Shown: positions 1-8,700 of the stretch, one piece after another
Layout of the letters: every line of letters begins with the position of its first letter
Position numbering within the stretch: position 1 is the stretch's first letter
From: Candidatus Electrothrix sp. GW3-4
Lineage (GTDB): Bacteria > Desulfobacterota > Desulfobulbia > Desulfobulbales > Desulfobulbaceae
Direction: 5' to 3'
DNA: 32,000 nucleotides
Assembly (NCBI RefSeq): GCF_037902255.1
Contig: NZ_CP147990.1
Location: 2,520,001 to 2,552,000, forward strand
Program-made: the position numbers and the translations under genes
The notes under the pieces: generated by a model
The model's input: only the letters and a program-made list of their open reading frames with translations
What the model was told of the DNA's origin: nothing
Database searches by the model: none

Positions 1-256
1 GAGAGTAAGGGGCAGCGGGTTTCTTGTCATATACTACTTGTCCATTGACAAGTTCGTCAAGTTCCCAACGATGGTATACCCATATCGTCAACCTCCAGGA
101 AATGACATTTCTTTCATGTCGGAGCAGCATCTTTTGTCACTTGGGGAGGGTATAACAAAAACAGAAAGGATAAGAAGAGGACAGAGGCAGGTTATTCCCA
201 GGGGGTATTTTTCTGCCCTATATCCTGAGATCATCTCATCATTAAAGGAGAACACC

Positions 257-556
257 ATGAAAAAACAAACAGTAATTTTCGCGCTGGCCCTGCTGAGCCT
301 CTGCTCGGTTCATGCTTTTGCTGCTGATAATGCACAGCGCAGAGAGGGGCGGCATCGCCAGCCACCACAGGAGGCGTACACGGTCTGTGAAGGAAAGGAG
401 AGCGGAGACCAGGCTGAGTTCACTGGGCGTCGGGGAGAGGCTGTTACAGGGATCTGTGTCCAAGAAAAAGACGGTGATCGTCTGTTCCTCCGCCCAGATC
501 ATCCACCTGAAGGGCCTCAAAAACGCCAGGGAGGAGGAGAAGGCCCAAGAGACTAA
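257..556 (+). CDS. small secreted protein of unknown function (99 aa)
   Basis: The ATG at 257 lies 6 nt after AAAGGAG (244-250). The product begins MKKQTVIFALALLSLCSVHAFA/ADN, a typical signal peptide with an AFA cleavage motif. The extra 73 upstream codons of tracked ORF 38..556 have no RBS or signal support. No family recognised. Confidence 0.6.
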   Translation: MKKQTVIFALALLSLCSVHAFAADNAQRREGRHRQPPQEAYTVCEGKESGDQAEFTGRRGEAVTGICVQEKDGDRLFLRPDHPPEGPQKRQGGGEGPRD

Positions 557-706
557 CGACAGCTACAGACTGTTCCTCCTGAAGGATTTTCGCGTCAGGA
601 GGGACAGCCTTACTCCACATGAGCTCTAACACAGACCTTCTCATGCTGAGGCCCTGGCAGCGGCCGGAAAGAAAGCATATTTGATGCTCAATATCTCATT
701 TATTCT

Positions 707-3700
707 TTAGTTACGTACCTTAACGTCGAACTCGAACACAGCATTTTCAGGATGTTCCCCCCATTTTTTCACCACCTTGAGATATTTTCCACTCAGGAAG
801 AATTCCGGACTATGTTCGTCCCAGACGCCGGGACCGTCATCTCCCACAGTCCAACCAAGATCTGTTGTACCTATCTGGGTAATCTCCGTCCATGGTCCGT
901 TAAGATCATCAGCCACATAGGCTTGATAGAGAATGACATAGGAACCGGTGAAAAACCTCATTCCGTACACCGGGCTGGGATTACCATTTTCATCGGCAAT
1001 GTCAAATGTCGCATAGAATCCACCTCTCTGAAGAATACCGGTTACTGCATTACCGGTTGTCAGATCGTCATCGATTAACACTTCTGGGTTAACCATATCT
1101 GAATCTGCGATGGCCGTGGGGGTCTGCCAGACTAGCTCACCGGGAAGACCTTCAGCTTCCTTAGCACCAACATCCGGGCCGTTTCCATTGAATTCATCAT
1201 TCACACCGAGAATCGGCTCTGCAGCATCGATGCATATAGAGTAAGGATCCAGAGAGTAATCGTCAGCAAGATAAGGGTTACTGAAGATGATATTATCACC
1301 TATAATCCCAGTGCCTTTTGGTATTAGGTGATAAAGGTTGGTCGAGGCAGTTACTACAGCCCCTGCTTCTTGCCCTATCCCCCCTGGAAGGCGATAGAAG
1401 ATATTGTTTCTCACATCCGCGCTGCTGGTTGCATCGAGATAAATCCCATCACCTGGGCCTAAATTTAATGGTCCCGCTCCGCCACTGTTGGCGTTACCAA
1501 CGATCGTATTGTGAAAAACATTGGCGCTTGATCCGGTTAACAATTGTATTTGATAGAGATTTCCACCAGGTTCATGTAAGACATTTCGGCTGATGTCAAG
1601 CTGGCTATTGTAGAAAGCAACCTGACCGCCACCAGCATAACCGTTATTGTAAATATCGTTCTTTTCAATACTGCCGTAGCAACCACCGGTTAATATTCCA
1701 TAACGAGGGTGGTTGGAAATGGTGAGTTGACTTAGATTGATCTCGCAGTTTTCGAGGTATATACCTGGGGTAAGATCTGTACCGTTGCTATCAAAAATAG
1801 CTCCTGAAACATCAAGTGTGGAATCGGAGGCTTCCAGCCCTGGTCTTGCGGCTCCTGAAACCATACCTCCATGCATGGTGAATTGAGTATCGTATCCATT
1901 TCCAGCTATTACTATGTTCGGGGCGCCAACCGTAACCTCGAATGTGGAGTCTTTGACATCCACAATCGCACCACTCTGCACGATGAGGTTGGGGGCTACC
2001 GCTGCCTGTCCACTGTGATCAACGGTGCCGCCTTCAAGTGAGACGGAAGTACCGTCATCAAGAATACTCACACCAGCTAATCCACTATTACTGATGGTTG
2101 TGTTCTTGATAACGGCTGAAGAACCCTGCATCACTACAAGACCTGCGGCATTGCCGAACAGGCCGTACAGGCCATTGTGGTCAAGGGTATTGTTTTCTAT
2201 AATACCCGCTATTGAACCTTCGATCAGAGAAAGACCTGTAGCATGGTTATCATAGATATTGTTGTTACTTATTTCATCAACTTTCGAGCTCCCACTAATT
2301 CCGATACCTGCTGCGCCGTTGTCATACAAGGTATTGTTTGTTAGCAAGTCGCAGCTTGCCTGGTTGGTAAAACCAATACCTGCATCATTATTGCCGTATG
2401 TTGTGTTACCGCTAATTTCAACAGCATGCGCACCATCAAGCCCGATGCCAGCTCCAAATCCGTCACGACCGCCATCTGTCAATTCATTGTTGATAATCCT
2501 TACATGACCAAGATTCGGAGGATCATTTCCATCAAGGGACCGGCATCCAATGGCCGCATTCGCTGCACCGTTTACATAGTTGTCTTCAATTATGTGGTAG
2601 ACATACGTCTTGAGCATCGGATCATAACCGCCAGTGTCTTCAGCACCGATGCCAGCCCCTCGCATGACAGTGCCTGATGTGTCAGCCTCACCGGAGTCAT
2701 AAATTATGTTGCCTTTTACAATAGGATGGGTTGGTCTATTGATAAAAAAGCTTCCTTCATCGTCCCCCTTTCTCGCCCCAATCCCTGCCAAATCACTCTT
2801 GTATAGAAGGTTGCCAACAACCAGGGTATGGGCGCCATGCTGGATGCCGATACCAGCCTGGTATTGACCTGGGTTGGAAAGAGACTCAAAACATTCATTG
2901 TTGTAAACAATGGCATTTGAGTAAGCATGGTTTTCAACATGGCTTCCTGCATTGTGGTATATAACATTGTTAAGAATGATCGGATGAGCATCATACATGA
3001 TATTGGTATAACGAAAATCACGTTTACTCATGTCGGGTTCTTCCTGATCAAAAAACCAGGCTTGACTCATCAATCCACTGCTTCCGTTATTGCCTATGAT
3101 GTTGTTGATGATGGTTGGAGAACCACCCTCAATCTGAATCGCACGTGGGTGATCAGGAACAGAAGGATCTACGACCGGCATATTGGTTACCGTAAAACCG
3201 TCTAGCCATGTGCCCACGGTAGCTCCTTGCGGGAAATCAACCATGGGTTTGGCTCCGGTTCCGCTGGGAAACCCCGTACCGTCAATGATCGTTTGTGTAG
3301 CACGACGCAATACATTTTTTGATTCAAGCTCGTATAAGACATCTGCGTAACCGGGGCCGGAGACAAGATCATTCCCGCCGTTGCTTGCATCACTGACAAG
3401 TTTGATTCCTCTCTGTGATTTACCGATGACGAGCTGCTCATTATAAGTACCGGCCCTGACAAGAACGGTATCTCTGTGCTGGGCTGCATCAATTGCCGCT
3501 TGAATCGTTGAGTATTGATCAGGAACCACCAAAGTATTACCCGGTAGGGACATCCAGTTGTTAAGGACCTGTGCTATAACTTCTTTCCGGGCATCGTTTA
3601 GACCTGACACACAATAAAACTGGCCATACTGACCACCGTTCGTGTTCACAAGGACGATGTTGTCGGACTGGTATTTTTCACTATCTTCGGCAAAAATCTC

Positions 3701-4390
3701 GTCGATACGCCAGTACGACATATTGTCCCAGTCTGAAGACTCCGAGTTTGTGAGCAATTTACTGTAATCAAGTGAATTCGTTGCATCGTAGGAGAGAAAT
3801 GCGCTGATATTATAATCACCATCGGCATCATCATAATCCCAGACTGCGGTCGTCGGCTTTTGCAATCCGCCGCCCTGACAAAGACCTGGGGAAGAAGCAT
3901 CAAGTATTTTACTTGCTCCTTCAGCGCCCGCGCCATCATTAAGCACAGTTCCATTCATATCAACATAAGCGGCAAACGGTTCAGAGCCTGTCCAGATCAG
4001 CGTATTGCCGTTTTCCATCCATTCTTCAGCAATTGATTCGTCAGTTTCACCGTGGAATAGAGAACCAGGACATGTATCAATAATCACAAGTACATCCTGT
4101 TTGCCGTCATTCTGACGATCGTTCATCCAGGCCAAGAGGGAGGCTACAGTTCCCTGATCGTAACCGGCAAAAACTGTTTTTGAACCTGTATTGATGTTGG
4201 CATGAATATAGTCGGCACAGGCCTGTTGTTCCAAGGAAGTCATTCCACCTTGAATCCCGGGTCGATATATGGCTACGTCATTAAGTGTGGCAAAGGCCAA
4301 ATTAACCAGTCCCAAACTTAAAACCAAAGATGTTAATATAAAAAATATTTTCTTCTTAACATCCCTTGTCTTTCCTATTTCCTCATTCAT
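707..4390 (-). CDS. large secreted parallel beta-helix (PbH1-type) repeat protein with a C-terminal discoidin/F5-8-type-C-like domain
   Basis: Tracked ORF 707..4426. The preferred start is ATG 4390 (MNEEIGK...), with AAGGAGGG about 10 nt upstream. An N-terminal signal-like segment is present (IFFILTSLVLSLGLVNLAFA). A cap-like motif (VPDQYSTIQAAIDAAQHRDTVLVRAGTY) is followed by hundreds of residues of short G/N/I/T-rich turns typical of right-handed beta-helices. The last ~140 aa (GKYLKVVKKW...AVFEFDVKV) resemble a discoidin-type beta-sandwich. The first ~300 mature residues are unassigned. Confidence 0.8.
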   Translation of the reverse strand: MNEEIGKTRDVKKKIFFILTSLVLSLGLVNLAFATLNDVAIYRPGIQGGMTSLEQQACADYIHANINTGSKTVFAGYDQGTVASLLAWMNDRQNDGKQDVLVIIDTCPGSLFHGETDESIAEEWMENGNTLIWTGSEPFAAYVDMNGTVLNDGAGAEGASKILDASSPGLCQGGGLQKPTTAVWDYDDADGDYNISAFLSYDATNSLDYSKLLTNSESSDWDNMSYWRIDEIFAEDSEKYQSDNIVLVNTNGGQYGQFYCVSGLNDARKEVIAQVLNNWMSLPGNTLVVPDQYSTIQAAIDAAQHRDTVLVRAGTYNEQLVIGKSQRGIKLVSDASNGGNDLVSGPGYADVLYELESKNVLRRATQTIIDGTGFPSGTGAKPMVDFPQGATVGTWLDGFTVTNMPVVDPSVPDHPRAIQIEGGSPTIINNIIGNNGSSGLMSQAWFFDQEEPDMSKRDFRYTNIMYDAHPIILNNVIYHNAGSHVENHAYSNAIVYNNECFESLSNPGQYQAGIGIQHGAHTLVVGNLLYKSDLAGIGARKGDDEGSFFINRPTHPIVKGNIIYDSGEADTSGTVMRGAGIGAEDTGGYDPMLKTYVYHIIEDNYVNGAANAAIGCRSLDGNDPPNLGHVRIINNELTDGGRDGFGAGIGLDGAHAVEISGNTTYGNNDAGIGFTNQASCDLLTNNTLYDNGAAGIGISGSSKVDEISNNNIYDNHATGLSLIEGSIAGIIENNTLDHNGLYGLFGNAAGLVVMQGSSAVIKNTTISNSGLAGVSILDDGTSVSLEGGTVDHSGQAAVAPNLIVQSGAIVDVKDSTFEVTVGAPNIVIAGNGYDTQFTMHGGMVSGAARPGLEASDSTLDVSGAIFDSNGTDLTPGIYLENCEINLSQLTISNHPRYGILTGGCYGSIEKNDIYNNGYAGGGQVAFYNSQLDISRNVLHEPGGNLYQIQLLTGSSANVFHNTIVGNANSGGAGPLNLGPGDGIYLDATSSADVRNNIFYRLPGGIGQEAGAVVTASTNLYHLIPKGTGIIGDNIIFSNPYLADDYSLDPYSICIDAAEPILGVNDEFNGNGPDVGAKEAEGLPGELVWQTPTAIADSDMVNPEVLIDDDLTTGNAVTGILQRGGFYATFDIADENGNPSPVYGMRFFTGSYVILYQAYVADDLNGPWTEITQIGTTDLGWTVGDDGPGVWDEHSPEFFLSGKYLKVVKKWGEHPENAVFEFDVKVRN

Positions 4391-4605
4391 ATTAAATCTT
4401 CCCTCCTTAACAATCCTGTAACACACAATCTTTGCTTACCATTGTTGGCCGTTCAAAAAAATGAGCAATCATCTCTGTTATTTCAGTTTATCGCCAGGCC
4501 ACCTCCCTCCTCTGGATTTTTATTGTCCCATCCTGTTAATGTGCTCCTCATCTAACATGGTGAACATTAATGGAGTTATACTCAAAAGTGGTGTTTAAGA
4601 GCGTC

Positions 4606-4845
4606 ATGACTCATGGTATAATTATTTTGTTGAGAAATAAAGAAGATAGTTCCGTTGATCCGTTGACCGACTTACTGTGTGCAGATGCCAGGAAGTTGAT
4701 CCTGGACGCTGTCAAAGCAGAGCTCCAGATCCTGCTCGGTCATATGCAGATTATAAAGATAAGCAGGGCTCCAGCTTGTTGTGCGAAACGGATACCTGCG
4801 AAAGACCAAAAGTGTTGAAGAAGTCTTACCGTGACTTTACTTCAA
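4606..4845 (+). pseudogene. N-terminal remnant of an IS256/Mutator-family transposase, frameshifted and truncated
   Basis: Three frames read together give DPLTDLLCADARKLILDAVKAELQILLG / YADYKDKQG / VRNGYLRK. This matches the remembered N-terminal pattern of IS256-family transposases (D.L..LL...AR.L...AVEAE...FL ... G...VVRNGY). At least two frame changes are needed, and the homology stops where rhs fragment J begins (~4848). No DDE domain is present. Confidence 0.45.
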
Positions 4846-4847
4846 GG

Positions 4848-5259
4848 CATACTGATTCAGATCATTCGCCGCGTAGCCGACCGAGGTATAGGTTCCCGTG
4901 TTGATGAGTTTTTGATCCGGCGGAACAGGCAGGGAGATGGAAAAGGCATCCCCGGAGGTCGTCATGGTTTTTCGACACCCTATATCGTCATGCGTATAAT
5001 CGTACTGTGAAATTGTTGCGGAGTTATAGGTATTCAGTACAGAGGTTTTCAGGTTACGATGGGGTTCATAGGAATAGCCTGTTGATGCACCGGTACCGAA
5101 GGTTGCGCTTTTCAGCAGGTGCGAGTTCGGCTCGTAGCCGTACTGCACAGTATCGCTGTGCGTACCGATATTCCAGGAAACACCTCCGAAGCGTCCGGTG
5201 CTGTCATAGCCATAGGTGACGGCATAGCTGCTGTCCGTGCTGAAGCCGGTGTTTCTGCC
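4848..5259 (-). pseudogene. internal Rhs/YD core fragment (module J), no toxin tip
   Basis: Nearly identical by eye to 14712..15105 of module D (offset 9846). It translates as ...[34 protein letters not shown]...NDLNQY. Both ends are non-homologous junctions: the IS256 remnant on the left and the region downstream of the immunity gene on the right. Confidence 0.85.
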
Positions 5260-5345
5260 TTTTTCAAAACAACAAAGGCAGGAAAGATTGACTCTCTCCC
5301 GCCTGTTGCTACTTGGATGGTGAAACAGTTATCTCATTCAGTCGA

Positions 5346-5786
5346 TTAATAATTCTGAATAGAAAAACGACTATCCTGTTCTGCGACCTTTAACCACCAT
5401 CGTTTGCCATGCTGTACTGAAAACCCTTCCAGCTTGGATGAATCAACTTGCACCATTCCTCCTTCTCTTAAGTCTTCAGTATCCCAGCCGATCATAGTCA
5501 CCTCGTTATCGGTAACAGAAATAATTACATGCCCATTGTTCACCACAGAAGGATTGTCCAGGTCATACCCGCAGTGCCGAGAAATAATATAGATCGGAGA
5601 ACTGGGGCCCCGACTTCGAATATCAATATCGTGAGAATAGCGTTGTATTATTTCAATATCGGTACGTTCAGGTTCCGCATGGCATCCCGCAATAACGAGG
5701 AAAAACAGAACCAAGGCGTTTCCCTTCACGGCCCGGCTGCAAAGCCACCAGAGCATCCGGGAAAGAACATTAAAAACTGCATTCAT
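5346..5786 (-). CDS. putative lipoprotein immunity protein for the module I toxin
   Basis: The ATG at 5786 lies 2 nt after the rhs stop codon (5789-5791), with GGGAGA 6 nt upstream. The N-terminus ...GNALVLFFLVIAGC carries a lipobox-like VIAG/C. The gene sits directly downstream of a toxin tip. No family recognised. Confidence 0.65.
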   Translation of the reverse strand: MNAVFNVLSRMLWWLCSRAVKGNALVLFFLVIAGCHAEPERTDIEIIQRYSHDIDIRSRGPSSPIYIISRHCGYDLDNPSVVNNGHVIISVTDNEVTMIGWDTEDLREGGMVQVDSSKLEGFSVQHGKRWWLKVAEQDSRFSIQNY

Positions 5787-5788
5787 GC

Positions 5789-8700
5789 TTATTCTCCCGA
5801 CCATTTGTTAACAATACGAGACACCATATCTGCTATGGCTTTGCTCTTATAATCAAAAAAATGAATACCGTCATCTCCTCTGGCCGGGTCGGGCTTTCCT
5901 TGGGCATCAGTAAGCATTGTATGGGTCATGCCGGATGCATCGGCGACTTCACATCCCCACCAACCTCCGACAGGACTGCATGTTTTAACCATGTCAGCAT
6001 TCAGAGAAGTCAGAAACCGGTTAATTTTTCCGCTGATAACTCTGAAGTGATCTCCAAGTTTTGGCGTGTTAGCCACAGCGGGAACAGTGATGGTCACAAA
6101 AAGCACCTTCTTTTTGGGATCAAGTCGGCTAAAATCACTCATCAGGGACTTATATAGCCCTTCCCATCCCTCCAAAGCAGAGTCATACCGTTTCTGATAA
6201 TTTTTCGCCTTGATCGCCTCGTCAAACTCATTGTCCTGCCACAGACTGAGCGCATCATTCATTCCCATCATTCCTAAAATCGCAACCTTTTCATCGCATA
6301 ATGCTGTCGGATTTTTATATCTTTTTTTGATATCGCGTGTTCGTTGTCCGGGACCTCCGGCATAAAACCATAAGTTACCAGTGTTTTTTATAGTAAGATA
6401 TGCTGCGTATCCGGTAAAAAACTGTCCTGTATTCTTATTATGAGTACCAAAAGTCATTGAATCACCGAGAACAATAACTGAAACTTTCAACCCCAAATAA
6501 TCCCATCCATTAACCCCATCATTCCCCACAAACGCATAAAGATTGGTCCCACCATTTTCCCCAATAGGATCCCGACTCAACCACCGTCCAACTACAGGAG
6601 AATAATACCGATACCCGTAATAATACAGTCCCGTCGTATCATCGGCATACTTTGAGCTGAATCTGAACGGGTTGGTTTCCGCATAACTCCCCATAGCAGA
6701 AGTAAGTCCACCGAAAGGTGCATACTCGTAGGCAGCGGCGACAGATCCGTCCGAGCTGTCGAGAAGCTGGCCTACATTACCATTGGCATCGTAGAAATAG
6801 AGGTGAACCTTATCCGCCCCATGATCAATACGGGCAAGAATTCCACCGATACCGCCAGCCCCCTGAAGGCTCTGCGACAGATCAAGACCGTGGACATAGC
6901 TTGCTGTGGTTATACCGGTTCCGTCCAGTTCCTCGATCAGGTTCCAGCCGTCGTAGACAAAGAAGCGGGTTTCATCAGCTTGCCAGGTTGAGCCGTCCCA
7001 GGCAGTTGTAATTTTCCGTGCTCTGCGGCCCATGTAGTCGTAGAGAAATTCGAGTTTTTTATCACCAACAGCCGGTGTTTTCGGTGTGATTGTAATCAGC
7101 CGGTTTTCGCCGTTCCAAACATAAGTAAAAGTGCCGTCGTCGGTCAGGTTGCCGTCCTCGTCATAGGCCGGGCTGACCGCTGATCCGTTTGTATTCACGA
7201 ACGTATACTGATTGAGATCATTCGCGGTGTAAGCGGCTGAAGTCGTCGTGCCGGTGTCGATCATGAGCAGCTCATCCGGTACCGGAGGCAGAGCAGGATT
7301 TTCAAACACATCTCCTGTCATGGTCGCAGTTTTTCGACGCCCTATATTATCATAAAGATAATCATACTGTGAGACTGTGGCTGCGCCGTACTCGTTCTTC
7401 ACGCCGATCTTCAGGTTCCGATGGAGTTCGTAAGAGTTGGTTATCAGGCCACCTGAAGCAAAAGTGGTTGTGCGGAGAAGGTGCGAGTCTGGTACGCGGG
7501 CGTAGGTCACGTTGCCCGTGAAAGAATCGACATTCCAGGAAACACCGTTAAAACGTCCGGTGCTGTCATAGCCATAGGTGACAGCATAGCTGCTGTCTGT
7601 GCTGAAGCCGGTGTTTCTGCCAGGCACAGTGGTTGTGTCGTAGGAGCGAGTGAGGGTTCGGCTGATCAGCCCGGTGATGCTTTCGCTGTCCGGTTGAAGA
7701 GCAGAGTTATAGGCAAAAGTACGGGTCCCGACGGCATCGGTCACTGTACTGCGTTGTCCGGTGCGGTTGTAGGTAAACCCGATATCCGGGGTGGTGTCGG
7801 AATAATCAATGCCGGTCAATTCGCCGGTGTTCGGATCATAGCTGTAGGTGGTTGTGATAGCCGGAGTTCTGGCCCAGGTACGGGTATGGAGTCTGCCGCC
7901 TTCCAGATAGGTGTATTGTGTACTCTTATTTTGCGCATCTTCTTTGGACTCCAGCAGGCCAGTGGCCTCGTGGTAATGCCAGCGGGTAATATCAGCCAGC
8001 CCGTCGTTGGCAGACGGCCAGGTCGGGGAATCCCAGCCCTCACCACTCCGCCAGGTGTGCATGGCATCCATTCTGCCGTAGTTGTCGTATTCATAGCGGA
8101 CAGGCGTTGTTCCACCCCAGGTATGGGTGACCCGATCAAAGTTGTCATAGAGAAAGTAGACCGTCCGGTTCTCCGCATCGGTCACTGAAGTTTTCCTGCC
8201 CGTGATTGGATCGTAGCCGTACTCTGTGCGCTTCGTTGCTGCGTCCTCAGTGTAATCAACCTGCCCCAGGGTGTTGTAATGGGTGATGCTCTGGCCGGTG
8301 CGGGGATCGGTGACGCCGGTGCGTCGTTCCAGGGCGTCGTACTGGTAGGTGGTGGTGATGCCGGATTTGTCCGTGGAGGATTTCAGCAGGCCGTACAGGG
8401 ATTCCTGCACCGCATTCGTGTCCGAATCAAGATAATCCGTGATTTTAGTAATTGTATGAGAGGTCCGGTTGATATACCGCGACGAAACAGTCTCATTGTC
8501 GTGGATGTCCGTGCTCACGGTTTCGGCAATCAGGCCGCCTGCGCCCAGACCGGTCAGGCGAGTCCGGGTTTTGCCGGTGATTGTCTCGGCAGATGAACCG
8601 GATTCGGCAAAGATACTCTGTACCTGTTCCTGCCACCACGCACCGTTATCCAGGAGAAAGGCTGTGCTGCTGCCGCTGATCCGGTCGTCTGAGGCGGTTT

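Noticed and set aside
36-53. A 7-bp inverted repeat, ACTTGTC-CATT-GACAAGT, about 200 bp upstream of the small secreted protein gene; a possible operator.
   Set aside because: It is a single occurrence, far from the start codon, with no identifiable promoter elements or regulator gene in the window. It cannot be supported beyond noting the palindrome.
38-256. Upstream extension of the small secreted protein ORF (start at 38).
   Set aside because: The internal ATG at 257 has a strong AAAGGAG RBS and begins a textbook signal peptide. The 73 upstream codons have neither feature.
640-675. Candidate bidirectional terminator between the convergent genes at 556 and 707 (GGCC...GGCC / GCTG...CAGC short stems).
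   Set aside because: The stems are only 4 bp and there is no U/A tract. This is not convincing as an intrinsic terminator.
4391-4426. Longer start (ATG 4426, MCYRIVKEGRFN...) for the beta-helix protein.
   Set aside because: The AAGGAGGG RBS lies inside this extension, in front of ATG 4390, and the signal peptide follows that second ATG.
7481-8188. Long plus-strand ORFs antisense to the rhs genes. Examples: 7481..8188, 8279..8596, 8765..9097, 11854..12522, 14965..15672, 17387..17851, 21577..22155, 24265..24708, 26189..26827, 27074..27568 and 28661..29068.
   Set aside because: They lie wholly inside strongly supported minus-strand YD-repeat coding sequence. Their low-complexity Gly/Arg/Pro/Ala-rich translations are typical of shadow frames in GC-rich repeats. 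They recur only because the rhs DNA recurs, and they have no RBS or recognisable domains.
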